Shown here: positions 10,445 through 21,909 of the stretch, piece after piece
How the letters are laid out: the number at the start of each line of letters is the position of its first letter
How positions within the stretch are numbered: the first letter of the stretch is position 1
Assembly: GCA_963668625.2 (NCBI GenBank)
Contig: CAXXKA010000008.1
Location: 1,248,001 to 1,312,000 of the forward strand
DNA: 64,000 nucleotides
Source of the DNA: an uncultured candidate division Zixibacteria bacterium
GTDB lineage: Bacteria; Zixibacteria; MSB-5A5; UBA10806; 4484-95
Reading direction: 5' to 3'
The notes under the pieces: generated by a model
What the model saw: the letters and a program-made list of their open reading frames with translations, nothing else
What the model was told of the DNA's origin: nothing
The model's database searches: none
Program-made: the position numbers and the translations under genes

Positions 10445-10633
10445 CAGGAAACCAACCAGCAACGAAAATGAAACACTATAGTAAGATTATATTTTATAGG
10501 CGGTTACAGGGAGCTCTAATGATGCTGCCGAAATGGGAATCAACAAAAGTTTACAAAAGTATGGGGGCAATCCAATAATCATCGCTGTAGTCCTATATGT
10601 CTTAAAGGACTATAGCTTACGATAAGTTTTTCC

Positions 10634-10678
10634 TTGACAAATGGTGGGTATAAAAGTAGTTTTGTGGGAGATTGTGGG
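10634..10678 (+). promoter_or_regulatory. sigma70 promoter of the dcw operon overlapped by MraZ-binding GTGGG boxes
   Basis: TTGACA(10634)-N17-TAGTTT(10657); GTGGG at 10644, 10664 and 10674 on a 10-nt register. Confidence 0.8.
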
Positions 10679-10698
10679 TTAAAAAGGAGAATTCTTAC

Positions 10699-11133
10699 TT
10701 GGCAGGGTTTAAAGGTTCATTTCAGCATTCGGTCGATCAAAAAGGCCGTATCAACATACCGGCTAAGTTTCGGAAAGCGCCGGGAACGGCTGAAAGTTAT
10801 GTCATAACCCGTGGTCTCAATTCGTGCCTGTATGTTTATCCCTCCGAGGAGTGGGATAAAGTGGAGGAAAAGCTGCGTTCTCTGGCTCAAAACGATCCGA
10901 ACGCCTTGTATTACCTTCGCGCTACATTGGCCAACGCCGCTGATGTTCAAGTCGACAAACAGGGACGGATTAACCTGCCGCCTAAACTTATCAAATTAGC
11001 CGGATTAAGTAAAGAGGTTTTAATCAACGGGGCGCTGGATAAGATGGAGATCTGGTCGCCGGAGGCTTTTGAAAAATATATAGAGGAAAACCAGGAATCT
11101 TATGAGGAGGTCGCCAGAAAAACGCTCCTCTGA
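10699..11133 (+). CDS. mraZ: Division/cell wall cluster transcriptional repressor MraZ
   Basis: Two DxxGRI motifs (DQKGRINIP, DKQGRINLP). Start moved to TTG 10699 behind the AGGAG RBS. Confidence 0.95.
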   Translation: MAGFKGSFQHSVDQKGRINIPAKFRKAPGTAESYVITRGLNSCLYVYPSEEWDKVEEKLRSLAQNDPNALYYLRATLANAADVQVDKQGRINLPPKLIKLAGLSKEVLINGALDKMEIWSPEAFEKYIEENQESYEEVARKTLL

Positions 11134-12058
11134 GGCGTTACATATTCCGGTATTGTTGGATGAAGTAGTAGATATTATCGGTGGATGCCCTGAAGGAGTG
11201 GTGCTTGATGGAACGGTTGGCGCAGGCGGTCACCTAAAAGCAATTTATGGGGCATACGGCGAAAAGTATCAATACTATGGCTTCGATCTTGACAACGAAA
11301 TTTTAAATAAAACTCGGACGCTCTTTTCTGAATGCGGTTATGAGGCCGAGTTTATCAATGCGAATTATAAAAAAATAGTCTGGTATCTTCAAAGGAGGGG
11401 GATAAAGAGTATCAGCGCTTTTTTATTAGACCTTGGTATAGGGTCTTTTCAAATCGATAACCCGTCCCGGGGATTTTCCTATTTGCAGGATGGCCCGTTA
11501 TCGATGGCGTTTGATGGTTCGGACTCCCTGGCAGCGTCAAAGATGATAGATAGTTTTAGCGAGAAAGAGTTACGGGATGTTCTATACGAATATGGTGAGG
11601 AGCCGAAAGCGCGCGCCATCGCCAGGGCAATAAAGGACTACCCCGAAACGATAGATACCACCGAGCGGCTTGCCTCGGTTATCCAGTCCGTAGTGGGCGA
11701 GAGGAATTTTATCAAAACAGCCGCGAGGGTTTTTCAGGCATTAAGAATAAAAGTCAACAGTGAATTTCACAACCTTGAAGAGGGCCTGGACAAATTACTG
11801 CCGAAAGTAGCCCCCGGCGGCCGGGCCCTCATTATTACGTATCACTCGTTGGAGGATCACCTGGTAAAACGAATGGTCAAGAAATTTACCGGTAAATGTA
11901 TTTGTCCTCCCAGGCTTCCGGAATGCAGATGCGGTAAGGAAAAGCTTTTCAAGGTAATAACATCAAAACCGATTTTACCGTCACGGGATGAAATAAGGAA
12001 CAACCCGCGGGCCCGGTCCGCGAAACTGAGGGTGGTAGAGAGACTTGCCCAGACGTAG
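11102..12058 (+). CDS. rsmH: 16S rRNA m4C1402 methyltransferase RsmH
   Basis: HIPVLL, DGTVGAGGH, DLG..S.QID...RGFSY, FQALRIKVN, YHSLED, NPRARSAKLR. Confidence 0.95.
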   Translation: MRRSPEKRSSEALHIPVLLDEVVDIIGGCPEGVVLDGTVGAGGHLKAIYGAYGEKYQYYGFDLDNEILNKTRTLFSECGYEAEFINANYKKIVWYLQRRGIKSISAFLLDLGIGSFQIDNPSRGFSYLQDGPLSMAFDGSDSLAASKMIDSFSEKELRDVLYEYGEEPKARAIARAIKDYPETIDTTERLASVIQSVVGERNFIKTAARVFQALRIKVNSEFHNLEEGLDKLLPKVAPGGRALIITYHSLEDHLVKRMVKKFTGKCICPPRLPECRCGKEKLFKVITSKPILPSRDEIRNNPRARSAKLRVVERLAQT

Positions 12059-12419
12059 TAGAAAGAAAAAAGAAAGTAAAAGCAAGATGTTCACCGTAAT
12101 CGCTTTTATCTTTTTGCTGGCGGTTCTCTGGGTATGGAAGTCGATCGAGGCGCATAAGTTATCACGAGAGTTAACTGAATTGGAAAGCGCGAGAGTGGAA
12201 CTGGTGGAAAACAATAAACATCTTAATGCCGAATTATCCCGCTTGCGTTCGATAGCCTGGGTGGATAGCTGTGTGCGTTTCAAATATGGAATGACATACG
12301 AGGTTAAAGAGCGAATGGTGCTTTTCGATAAAGGCCAGGTCAGGAATAGAGTAAATCGTAATATGTTCGCCAATAGTGTCAGTAAGTTAATCGATTGGGT
12401 TAAAAAAGTATTAGAGTAG
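12045..12419 (+). CDS. ftsL: FtsL-like cell division protein
   Basis: Basic N-terminus, one TM helix, coiled coil; lies between rsmH and ftsI. Confidence 0.75.
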   Translation: MPRRSRKKKESKSKMFTVIAFIFLLAVLWVWKSIEAHKLSRELTELESARVELVENNKHLNAELSRLRSIAWVDSCVRFKYGMTYEVKERMVLFDKGQVRNRVNRNMFANSVSKLIDWVKKVLE

Positions 12420-12421
12420 TT

Positions 12422-14380
12422 ATGACAGTATCATTAAAATCGAAAATAAACGCGAAGATTAATTTGATAAGGATTATCCTGGGTGTAATCATGCTGGTGT
12501 TCGTTGCCCGCCTGGTATGGCTTCAAGTGATAGCCCGCGATAAATTTTTAGCCGCCGCCGAAAGACAGCAGAATCATATCATAGAGGTACAGGCCGAGCG
12601 CGGTAAAATCTATGACCGTAACATGCGTGTGCTGGCCGAGGATATCGATTCGTATACTTATTACCTGGTTCCCGAACGGATCAGTAATAAAAGAGCGGTA
12701 GCCAATAAGCTTGCCAGGATAACCGGCAAATCGGGATGGTTGGCAAAATTCAAAAGACATCCACGGTTTTTGTATATAGAGCGCAAGACGACCCGCGAGA
12801 TGGAGAGCAAGCTCGAAAGCTCGGGAATCAAAGAACTGGCTAAATTCGTTGAGCCGAGACGAGTGTACCCAAACGGTAAGCTTGCCCTGGCCGTATTGGG
12901 TAGAGTGGATATCGACAATAAAGGCCTTTCGGGTCTGGAGATTCAGTACGATAAGTACCTTTCGGGCTGCAATGGTAAAACCATGTTAAAACGCGATGGC
13001 CTCGGTCATTGTTATAACTTCAATCAACAGCCGGTAATCGCACCCGATCCAGGATCGGATATTGTAACCACCATCGATTTGAACCTTCAGCAGATAGTGG
13101 AACAGGAGATGGTTCAGGCTATGAAAGATAACGATGCCGTAAGTGGAATAGGGCTTTTCCTAAAAGCCGGCACCGGCGAGATACTTGCCTGCGCCGTTTT
13201 GGACAGCCTCGGCAAACCGGCCACGCGCAATCGCGCTATCGCCGACCAGTATGAGCCGGGCTCCACATTCAAGCTAATAACCACGGCCCAGGCGATATCG
13301 AGCGGTTTATTCGAACCCGATGACAAGATATACGTAGAAGAAGGTAAGTTCCGGATTGGCAGACGAACTATACGCGATGATCATGAATTCGATACCCTTA
13401 CGGTCGAGGAGTCATTGGTGTTTTCCTCTAATATAGCGCATTCCAAAATGGCGTTGGCCCTGGGTGACGAGGTATTGTTCAAGGCTATCAAAGAAGCGGG
13501 TTTTATCGAAAAACTGGGCATCGATTTCCCGGCTGAGGCGCCCGGATATATGACCTCGCCCTCATGGCGAGAGCATTACCTGGCCAACTTGAGTTTCGGG
13601 CACGGAATTTCGACCTCGACTCTCCAGATTGCCTCGCTATATGGCGCGGTGGCCTCTAACGGCTACCTTTACAAGCCGTACTTTACCAGCGAGATGATTT
13701 CTCCCGATGGCTCTCGTTCGGTGGTTGGCAGAAGTTGTAAGATCAGAAAATTATACGATACGAATATTCAAGAGTTGTTGAAACGAATGCTGCGCGAGGT
13801 GGTCGAGGTGGGGACGGCCACGAAAGCCATTTCGCGGATGGTAAGTATTTCCGGTAAAACAGGTACCGCTTTGAAAGTTCGCGAGGACGGGCGCGGATAC
13901 GATCATCGTAAAGCCCGGGCCTCGTTCGTGGGATATTTCCCCTCGGATAATCCGATGGTGGTTGGCATTATCATGTTCGATGAGCCGAAGAACTCCCGCT
14001 ACGGAGGCGAGACGGCCGCACCGGTATTCCGGAGTATCGCCGAAAGGTATTACTCGTTGCCTGAATTCATGGCCGGCCGCTATGTCGATAACACTAACTA
14101 TGTCGAACCGGAGCCGAACGCCTCTTACGCCTCGGCGGGGCAAACCGATGAATACGCACGGGTGATGGAGACAATCGAGCCGTATCACGAACTAAACGAA
14201 AAACCGGATGAGATGCCGAACTTTAAAGGCTTGACTGTCAGGCAGGCAATCAGGCTGGCCTCGATGGTGGGAGTCGAGTTCAAGATAGAGGGCTCAGGGA
14301 TCGTGGAAAGCCAATCGCCGAGGGCAGGCGCTAAATTGGATGATATAAAGATTCTCAACTTAAGGTGCGATGTTAAATGA
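12422..14380 (+). CDS. ftsI: Class B PBP (FtsI/PBP3) with C-terminal PASTA domain
   Basis: RGKIYDRN, RVYP, GLE, EPGSTFK (SxxK), SSN, KTGT; PASTA MPNFKGLT...QSP. Confidence 0.92.
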   Translation: MTVSLKSKINAKINLIRIILGVIMLVFVARLVWLQVIARDKFLAAAERQQNHIIEVQAERGKIYDRNMRVLAEDIDSYTYYLVPERISNKRAVANKLARITGKSGWLAKFKRHPRFLYIERKTTREMESKLESSGIKELAKFVEPRRVYPNGKLALAVLGRVDIDNKGLSGLEIQYDKYLSGCNGKTMLKRDGLGHCYNFNQQPVIAPDPGSDIVTTIDLNLQQIVEQEMVQAMKDNDAVSGIGLFLKAGTGEILACAVLDSLGKPATRNRAIADQYEPGSTFKLITTAQAISSGLFEPDDKIYVEEGKFRIGRRTIRDDHEFDTLTVEESLVFSSNIAHSKMALALGDEVLFKAIKEAGFIEKLGIDFPAEAPGYMTSPSWREHYLANLSFGHGISTSTLQIASLYGAVASNGYLYKPYFTSEMISPDGSRSVVGRSCKIRKLYDTNIQELLKRMLREVVEVGTATKAISRMVSISGKTGTALKVREDGRGYDHRKARASFVGYFPSDNPMVVGIIMFDEPKNSRYGGETAAPVFRSIAERYYSLPEFMAGRYVDNTNYVEPEPNASYASAGQTDEYARVMETIEPYHELNEKPDEMPNFKGLTVRQAIRLASMVGVEFKIEGSGIVESQSPRAGAKLDDIKILNLRCDVK

Positions 14381-15903
14381 ACCTTGCTATTAATGATGAT
14401 ACCATGGATTCGATTTATAAGAAACCTTTAAGGGATATCCTGGAGGGATTGGATTGCGATATCTTCGGGGACGTTGACGATATCCTCATAACCGATCTTT
14501 CCAATGATTCGCGTCAGGCCAAACCCGGTGATTTGTTCGTTGCCGTTCCGGGATTCAAATTCGACGGCGCCAAGTTTATCCCGGAGGCCGCCTCGATGGG
14601 CGCGGTTGCTATCGTGACCAAGAAGAAAATTAAAGGCCTGGAGCATATGCCGCTAATAGTTTGCAAGGATGTTCGCAAGGTCATGTCACGTATAGGTTCG
14701 CGTTTTTTCAATCAGCCTTCGCGTAATCTCGATATTATAGGAATAACGGGCACAAACGGCAAAACTACCGTGACATACATGATATCTCATTTGATGAGCG
14801 CACTGGGTAAGTCGTATGGTAAAATCGGCACGGTTGAATATTACACCGGCAAGCGTACGATCCAGGCGATCAACACCACTCCCGATACTATCGAGATTCA
14901 TCGCATGCTGGCCGAGATGGTCGAATGCAAGCTTGATGGCTGTGTGATGGAGGTATCCTCGCATGGGTTGGACCAAAACCGTTGTAACGATATCGAATAC
15001 GCGGCGGCGGTGTTTACCAACCTGACCCAGGATCATCTGGATTATCATAAAGATTTCGAAAACTATTTCGCGGCTAAAGCGATATTGTTCGAGAAATTGT
15101 TAAAACGTGATGGCGTTGCGGTATTGAATGCCAACGATCCCTATGCTGAACGTTTGAATAAATTGACGGCGGCGAAAACAATCACGTATTCGGCGATAAT
15201 AAACGGTTCACAAACAAATGATGCCGATATCGTGCTTATCGATAAAGGCTATGAAAATAATAACCGTCACTACGAACTTAAATATAATGACCAAACGCTG
15301 GTCGGCAGTATACCCCATCTCGGTAAATTCAACCTGATAAATACCGCCGCGGCCATAGCTACCGTCACCGGTTTGGGGTACGATATCACGGAGGCGGTCG
15401 AGGCGATGAAGCGTGCACCGCAGGTACCTGGTAGAGCCGAGAAAATCGTAGCGGGCCAACCGTTCGAGGTGATTATCGATTACGCTCATACGCCGGATGC
15501 GCTGGAAAATCTGCTTACAGGCGTAGATAGCAAAGGCCGTAAAATCATAGTGTTCGGTTGTGGTGGTGATCGGGACAAGACCAAGCGGCCGATTATGGGA
15601 CAGGTTGCGGCCAAGTACGCCGACAGGTTATTCGTCACCTCGGATAATCCGCGCACCGAGGATCCCCATAAAATCATAGAGGATATGTTGCCCGGGATTC
15701 CCACCGGTGTTGATTATGATGTAATAGAGAAACGCGATGAGGCAATCGTGAAGGCGCTTATGGTCGCCGAGCCTGATGATTTGGTAATTATCGCCGGTAA
15801 AGGTCACGAGGACTACCAGGTGATCGGTAATACCCGTCACTATTTCTCCGATCCACAGGTAGTCTTGAGCAGTTTGAAAAAATTAGGTTATGCTGGTAAC
15901 TGA
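14377..15903 (+). CDS. murE: UDP-MurNAc-tripeptide ligase MurE (meso-DAP type)
   Basis: [48 protein letters not shown]. Confidence 0.96.
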   Translation: MNLAINDDTMDSIYKKPLRDILEGLDCDIFGDVDDILITDLSNDSRQAKPGDLFVAVPGFKFDGAKFIPEAASMGAVAIVTKKKIKGLEHMPLIVCKDVRKVMSRIGSRFFNQPSRNLDIIGITGTNGKTTVTYMISHLMSALGKSYGKIGTVEYYTGKRTIQAINTTPDTIEIHRMLAEMVECKLDGCVMEVSSHGLDQNRCNDIEYAAAVFTNLTQDHLDYHKDFENYFAAKAILFEKLLKRDGVAVLNANDPYAERLNKLTAAKTITYSAIINGSQTNDADIVLIDKGYENNNRHYELKYNDQTLVGSIPHLGKFNLINTAAAIATVTGLGYDITEAVEAMKRAPQVPGRAEKIVAGQPFEVIIDYAHTPDALENLLTGVDSKGRKIIVFGCGGDRDKTKRPIMGQVAAKYADRLFVTSDNPRTEDPHKIIEDMLPGIPTGVDYDVIEKRDEAIVKALMVAEPDDLVIIAGKGHEDYQVIGNTRHYFSDPQVVLSSLKKLGYAGN

Positions 15904-17254
15904 GAAGATGAAATTCGATTACGATGATATCGTTAAAGCTCTGAACGCGGAGTCCGTAGCGGCGTTATGTCCGCCCGGGTTTGCCGGTGTATCCACCGAC
16001 AGCCGTACGATTAAAAGTGGCGAGTTGTTTTTCGCTATAGTTGGTGAAAATTTCGACGGTCATGAATTTATTGATGCCGCAATTACCAACGGCGCGGAAG
16101 GGGTAGTGGTCAGTAACGATTATAATACATCCGATGCCGCTGTTTTTAAGGTTAGCGATACGACCCGCGCTCTGGGCGATTTGGCCTCCTATGTGCGAGA
16201 TCAGCACGATATCAAATGTGCTGCAATCACCGGCTCCAACGGCAAAACCACCACCAAAGAGCTGTTTTGGGCTTGTATGAACGTTCGGTTCAATACATTC
16301 AAAACGCTGGGCAATTTCAATAATCTTTACGGCTTGCCTTTATCGATATTCGAACTCGATAAATCGCATGAGGCGGCGGTGTTCGAAATCGGTATGAATA
16401 CTTTCGGCGAGATAGATAGGCTGGCCGAGATCTGCAAACCACAGGTGGGCGTGTTCACCAATGTAGGCGCGGTTCACCTGGAGCATCTCGGATCGATAGA
16501 GGCGGTGGCCAAGGCCAAATTCGAGTTGATAAACCGTCTGCCGCAAAGTGGCGTGGCCGTTCTTAACGCCGATGACCCCATACTCGCCGGCTGGATCGGT
16601 AAATTAAATCAGCGGGTTATCACCTATGGTATTAATAGTGATGCCGATTATAACGTGGAATCTTATGCTTTCAAAGGCGACGGCGTAAGCGAATTCGTTT
16701 TAAACGGTATCAAATATAAAATTAATTTCTATGGCAAACATAATATTTATAACGCGGCCTGTGCGATTGCCGGAGCCTCGGCGTTCGGGATCAAGGCCGA
16801 AGAATTACCCGGCTCTCTCGCAAGCGTAAAACCGTATAACCTGCGATCCGAAATTGTGAATATAAACGATATCACGCTTATAAACGATTGCTACAATGCC
16901 AATCCCGTCTCTATGCGGGCCGCTATCGATACATTGTCGGAATACCCGGTAAACGGTAGGCGAGTGGCGGTGCTGGGAGATATGCTTGAGCTTGGCAAAG
17001 ATGAAATAAAATATCACGAAGGGATCGGCGAGTATTTATCCCGAAAACGTATTGATGCATTATTCGCTACCGGAAATCTCGGTAAGCATTTTCTGAATAA
17101 TTTCAAGGGCGAATTTAAAGCCCATTATGATAATAAAGATGAAATGATTCCCGAATTGAAATCGTACTTGAAACCAGGCGATTGTGTATTGATAAAAGGC
17201 TCGCGCCGCATCGCCCTCGAACGTATAACCGAGCAACTACGGAAAGGCATCTGA
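15890..17254 (+). CDS. murF: UDP-MurNAc-pentapeptide ligase MurF
   Basis: [42 protein letters not shown]. Confidence 0.96.
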   Translation: MLVTEKMKFDYDDIVKALNAESVAALCPPGFAGVSTDSRTIKSGELFFAIVGENFDGHEFIDAAITNGAEGVVVSNDYNTSDAAVFKVSDTTRALGDLASYVRDQHDIKCAAITGSNGKTTTKELFWACMNVRFNTFKTLGNFNNLYGLPLSIFELDKSHEAAVFEIGMNTFGEIDRLAEICKPQVGVFTNVGAVHLEHLGSIEAVAKAKFELINRLPQSGVAVLNADDPILAGWIGKLNQRVITYGINSDADYNVESYAFKGDGVSEFVLNGIKYKINFYGKHNIYNAACAIAGASAFGIKAEELPGSLASVKPYNLRSEIVNINDITLINDCYNANPVSMRAAIDTLSEYPVNGRRVAVLGDMLELGKDEIKYHEGIGEYLSRKRIDALFATGNLGKHFLNNFKGEFKAHYDNKDEMIPELKSYLKPGDCVLIKGSRRIALERITEQLRKGI

Positions 17255-18339
17255 TGTTATACCATCTGTTGTTCCCATTAAGCAAAGCTATAAGCGGGTT
17301 TAACCTGTTTCAGTATATCACGTTCAGGACCGCCTACGCTACAGTCACGGCGATGCTCATCAGTTTCATATTCGGTTCGGTGTTCATACAATTCTTGAAA
17401 CGAAAGCAGATCAAAGAGGAAATACGCGAGGACGGGCCTAAGACTCATCTCTCGAAAAAGGGTACCCCCACGATGGGTGGCCTGTTAATCATTATCTCGA
17501 TAATAGTGCCGACCCTGCTCTGGGCGGACCTGACTAATATAAATATCCACTTGATGCTGCTCGTTACCGTATGGATGGGGCTGATCGGCTACATGGATGA
17601 TTACCTGAAAGCCATAAAACATCAGAAGAAGGGCGTGGTAGCCAAGAAGAAATTCGCGGGCCAGATAGCGCTGGGCTTGATACTCGGTTCGATATTGTAT
17701 TTCTATCCACCCGATCCGAATTTCAGTACGGCCACCGAGATACCGTTCGTGAAAGATGTTTATCTCGATTTCGGCATACTCTACATTCCGTTCGTGGTGA
17801 TAGTAATAACCGGCGCATCCAATGCGGTAAATTTAACCGATGGTCTCGATGGACTGGCTATCGGGCTGGTTGGTATCTGTGCGGTGAGTTTCGCTGCATT
17901 GTGTTACGTAACGGGCCGTGTCGATTTCAGTTCGTATCTGAATATCGAATATTTCAAACACGCCGGCGAGCTAACGATATTTTGCGGGGCGTTGGTCGGT
18001 GCCTGTCTTGGTTTTCTCTGGTACAACGGCAACCCGGCGCAAATTTTCATGGGGGATACCGGCGCCCTGGCGTTAGGTGGAATTCTCGGCGCGCTGGCTC
18101 TTCTGATAAAAAAAGAGATACTACTAATAATCATGGGCGGAGTTTTCGTGATCACCGCGCTTTCGGTGATAATACAGGTTCTATCATATAAGCTAACCGG
18201 TAAACGCGTATTCAAGATGGCGCCGTTGCATCACCATTTCGAGCTTTCGGGCTGGCCGGAGCAAAAAGTAACGATAAGATTCTGGATACTGGGAATAATT
18301 TTCGCGCTTATAAGCGTTAGTACGTTGAAAATAAGATGA
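17254..18339 (+). CDS. mraY: Phospho-MurNAc-pentapeptide transferase MraY
   Basis: KKGTPTMGG, DDYLK, NAVNLTDGLDGL, FMGDTG, MAPLHHHFE. Start moved to ATG 17254 overlapping the murF stop. Confidence 0.97.
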   Translation: MLYHLLFPLSKAISGFNLFQYITFRTAYATVTAMLISFIFGSVFIQFLKRKQIKEEIREDGPKTHLSKKGTPTMGGLLIIISIIVPTLLWADLTNINIHLMLLVTVWMGLIGYMDDYLKAIKHQKKGVVAKKKFAGQIALGLILGSILYFYPPDPNFSTATEIPFVKDVYLDFGILYIPFVVIVITGASNAVNLTDGLDGLAIGLVGICAVSFAALCYVTGRVDFSSYLNIEYFKHAGELTIFCGALVGACLGFLWYNGNPAQIFMGDTGALALGGILGALALLIKKEILLIIMGGVFVITALSVIIQVLSYKLTGKRVFKMAPLHHHFELSGWPEQKVTIRFWILGIIFALISVSTLKIR

Positions 18340-19691
18340 ACGAATTTAAAGGTAAAAAGATCAGCATCATCGGGGCCGCCAGGTCGGGATTGGCCTCGGC
18401 TATTGCCTTGAAACAACTGGGCGCAGTACCGTTTTTATCCGAAAGCAAGCCTAAAGAGCAGTTTATGGAGGCGGTCGAGTCACTCGATAAGCACCAGATC
18501 GATTCCGAGTTCGGCAAGCATACCGGCCGCGTGTTCGATTGCGAGTACATGGTTACAAGCCCGGGGGTACCCTCAACCAGCGAGGTTTTAGTCCACGCCG
18601 GAAAGTCGGGTATCGATATCATCTCCGAACTGGAGCTGGGCTACCGGATGTGCAAAGGCAAAGTGCTGGCAATTACCGGTTCCAACGGTAAAACCACGAC
18701 GACCTCGCTTATCGGCGAAATATTCAAACACTCCGCTATCAAGGGCGAGGTAGCAGGTAATATCGGCAGGCCGTTTACCGAGGTGGCCGGAACCCTGTCT
18801 GAAAACGATTGGGCGATACTCGAGGTATCGACATTCCAACTCGAATGGATCGATAAATTCAAGCCACAGGTAGCAACCGTACTAAATATCACTCCCGATC
18901 ACTTAGACCGTCACGGCAGCATGGAAAACTATATCTACCTGAAATTGCGCGTGTTTGCCAACCAGAACGGTACCAATAAATCGGTTCTCAATTATGATGA
19001 TGAAGTATTACGAAAATTCGAGTCGCTTTCCGAAGCCTGGACTTTTTCGACTAAGACGAAAGTCCGTAATGGTTGTTATATCGATGGCGACTGGTTGGTT
19101 TTGAGTAATGGTGATAATAAAAAGAATATTATTAAAATCGATGATATCGGCATCAAAGGGCCTCACAATCTTTCCAATGCTTGCGCAGCGGTCTCGTGCT
19201 GCGTGGCGGCGGGTGTCGATCTCGAATATATCGCGAAAGGTTTGCGCTCCTTCGCAGGTGTGGAACATCGGCTGGAACGAGTGGCGCTTATCGGAGGGGT
19301 AAGCTTCATTAACGATTCCAAAGCCACCAATGTGGACGCTGTTTTTTGGGCGCTCCAGTCGGTGTCTTCACCTGTGATATTGATAGCCGGAGGTCGCGAT
19401 AAGGACAGTGATTTCAGCACGCTTCGTGATTTGATTAAAGAGAAAGTTGCGACGCTGGTGTTAATTGGTGAGGCCTCGGACAAAATCGAAAGCGCTTATG
19501 ACGGGCTCACGGAAATTTGTCGTGCCGATTCGATGCAGGACGCCGTCAGGTTATCGTACGAGAAATCCGGATCGAACGGCACGGTGTTATTGTCACCGGC
19601 CTGTACGAGTTTCGATATGTTCAAAAACTACGAGCATCGCGGCGAGGTATTCAAACAAGCCGTAAACATGCTGGCAAAGGAGAAATCTTGA
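18336..19691 (+). CDS. murD: UDP-MurNAc-L-Ala:D-Glu ligase MurD
   Basis: [48 protein letters not shown]. Confidence 0.96.
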   Translation: MNEFKGKKISIIGAARSGLASAIALKQLGAVPFLSESKPKEQFMEAVESLDKHQIDSEFGKHTGRVFDCEYMVTSPGVPSTSEVLVHAGKSGIDIISELELGYRMCKGKVLAITGSNGKTTTTSLIGEIFKHSAIKGEVAGNIGRPFTEVAGTLSENDWAILEVSTFQLEWIDKFKPQVATVLNITPDHLDRHGSMENYIYLKLRVFANQNGTNKSVLNYDDEVLRKFESLSEAWTFSTKTKVRNGCYIDGDWLVLSNGDNKKNIIKIDDIGIKGPHNLSNACAAVSCCVAAGVDLEYIAKGLRSFAGVEHRLERVALIGGVSFINDSKATNVDAVFWALQSVSSPVILIAGGRDKDSDFSTLRDLIKEKVATLVLIGEASDKIESAYDGLTEICRADSMQDAVRLSYEKSGSNGTVLLSPACTSFDMFKNYEHRGEVFKQAVNMLAKEKS

Positions 19692-20827
19692 ACATCCTGA
19701 GACATCCCGAAAAAGCCATACAGATTTCGGTGGCGCTGTTAGTCGCGCTCAGCCTGATTTTCATCTACAGCGTATCCGGACCCTACAGTCAGCAGAATAA
19801 CTTGCCCTCGTGGTATTATTTCGTCAGGCAGCTTGCCTGGTCGGTAGTGGCTATCGTCGCCATGATCGTATTATCCTCTATGGATTATCGTAAATATATA
19901 AAGCTATCGCCGTTTTTGATGTTTATCGCGTTCGCGTTTTTAATCGCGTTATTTTTCACTACTACCAAGATGAACGTGCAACGTTGGATATATCTGGGAT
20001 TCATGAGTTTCCAGCCCTCGGAGGTTTTTAAAATAACTCTTGTGATGTACCTGGCGTTCATGCTGGTCGACAACAAGGGTAAACCGAAAAATATAAAACG
20101 AATGATACCTCATATTATAATTTCCGCTATCGGTTTAATGATGATTATTAAGCAGCCCGACCTGGGAACGACCATGCTGGTGTTTTCGGTGACGGCCACG
20201 ATATTGTTCCTTGCCGGATTGAAACTCAGATACCTGCTGGCGGCGGGATTGGTTATATCATTAGTCGCCGGCGTGATAGTATTCGGTTTAGGATACGAGA
20301 AAGATCGCATCGATGACTACATCGCCTGCCTGCAAGATCCGTTGGGTGAGTCACCTGATGCGCAGTTGACCAACGGCTACTACCAGAGCCGCCAATCGCT
20401 GGTAAGTATCGGTTCTGGCGGTCTGATCGGTCGAGGATTAGGCGGTGGCGGCCAGAAAAACCTGTTTCTACCGGCCCCGCATACCGATTTCATATTTTCG
20501 GCCTCGGCTGAGGAGGGAGGATTCGTTCTCTGTGTAGCCGTGCTGGCGTTACTGACTATATTCGGTTTTGCTTCCCTGAAAGTGGCGGCCAACACCGGGG
20601 ACCTTCGCGGTTTCCTGCTGGTTTCGGGTTTGACTGTGATGATAGTATTTCAAGCGATAATGAATATCGGAGTGGCCCTGGGGTTGTTCCCTATAACGGG
20701 CATTACTCTGCCGTTTTTCAGCTACGGCGGATCATCCCTGGTGATTAGCTGTGCGGCGGTCGGCATTATCCTGTCGGTCGCTCGCTACGGTTCGATGCCG
20801 GTTACGCGTTACGTGAGGACCAGATGA
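19688..20827 (+). CDS. ftsW: SEDS glycosyltransferase FtsW
   Basis: RWI...FQPSE, QPDLGT, YQ...S..GSGG, LPAPHTDFIFS...EE, GITLPFFSYGGSS. Probable TTG start at 19688. Confidence 0.93.
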   Translation: MNILRHPEKAIQISVALLVALSLIFIYSVSGPYSQQNNLPSWYYFVRQLAWSVVAIVAMIVLSSMDYRKYIKLSPFLMFIAFAFLIALFFTTTKMNVQRWIYLGFMSFQPSEVFKITLVMYLAFMLVDNKGKPKNIKRMIPHIIISAIGLMMIIKQPDLGTTMLVFSVTATILFLAGLKLRYLLAAGLVISLVAGVIVFGLGYEKDRIDDYIACLQDPLGESPDAQLTNGYYQSRQSLVSIGSGGLIGRGLGGGGQKNLFLPAPHTDFIFSASAEEGGFVLCVAVLALLTIFGFASLKVAANTGDLRGFLLVSGLTVMIVFQAIMNIGVALGLFPITGITLPFFSYGGSSLVISCAAVGIILSVARYGSMPVTRYVRTR

Positions 20828-21909
20828 GGATATTATTTGCCGGTGGCGGAACCGGCGGGCATCTCATACCGGCGATCAATATCGCCCTGAAGCTTCGTGA
20901 TAAGCTGACCGACGCCGAGTTTCTATTCGTCGGTATAAAAGGCGGCATCGAAAGGGATATCGTAGAGAAAAACGGATTCAGGATAGAGGAGATAGAGGTT
21001 GTCGGCTTGAAACGTAACCTTGGCGGCATGATGGATTTTTCCAAGAAGATAATGCGCGCATTTTCGCAGGCCGATAAGGTCGTGCGTGGTTTCGGCCCGG
21101 AGGTGGTAGTTGGCACCGGAGGTTATCTTTCCGCACCGGTGGTGATGGCCGCTAAGAGACGGCGGGCACGAGTAGTGATCCAGGAGCAAAATATTTTTCC
21201 CGGATTGGCAACGCGGTTCCTTTCCCGTTTCGCCGATAGAATTTGTGTCGCATTTGACGGTTCCAAAAGATACCTCAAAGGCGTAAGAAATATCGTGGTA
21301 ACCGGCAACCCGCTGCGCAACGATCTTGTTCTACCGAAGGGGAACGGTTACTTGAATGATTTCGGCTTGAAGCACGGTAAGAAAGTACTGTTCATAACCG
21401 GCGGCAGCCTGGGGGCCAAGTCAATCAATGATGGCATCACACGTTTCATAAAGGATGGCAATCTATCGGATGACTGGCAGGTGCTCTGGCAGACCGGTGT
21501 AACCAAGTATGATGATGTGTTAAAAGGTATGGAGGGGATCGATCACACCGGTGTTATCGTTCCGTTTATTGATAATATGCCGGTAGCTTACGCCGTGGCC
21601 GATTTGATGCTGTGTCGGGCGGGAGCGATGACTTTATCTGAACTTCTGGTGCTGGGAATGCCGGCGCTTTTAGTGCCGTATCCTCACGCCACCGCGAATC
21701 ATCAGATGAAAAACGCGATGGATCTGAAGAACAAAGAGGCGGTCGAGGTGATCGCGGATGACCAATTACAAACCGAGAGGTTCACCAGAATGCTTTCGGG
21801 GCTATTGCAGGATAGCGCCCGCCGCCAGAAATTGATGACTAATTCCAAACTACTGGGAAATGATAAGGGCGCTGAGATAATCAGCGAGGAGATAATCAGC
21901 CTGATATGA
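20824..21909 (+). CDS. murG: MurG GlcNAc transferase
   Basis: GGGTGGH, GGYLS, EQN, TGNPLR, GGSLGA, RAGA, HQMKNA. Confidence 0.96.
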   Translation: MRILFAGGGTGGHLIPAINIALKLRDKLTDAEFLFVGIKGGIERDIVEKNGFRIEEIEVVGLKRNLGGMMDFSKKIMRAFSQADKVVRGFGPEVVVGTGGYLSAPVVMAAKRRRARVVIQEQNIFPGLATRFLSRFADRICVAFDGSKRYLKGVRNIVVTGNPLRNDLVLPKGNGYLNDFGLKHGKKVLFITGGSLGAKSINDGITRFIKDGNLSDDWQVLWQTGVTKYDDVLKGMEGIDHTGVIVPFIDNMPVAYAVADLMLCRAGAMTLSELLVLGMPALLVPYPHATANHQMKNAMDLKNKEAVEVIADDQLQTERFTRMLSGLLQDSARRQKLMTNSKLLGNDKGAEIISEEIISLI

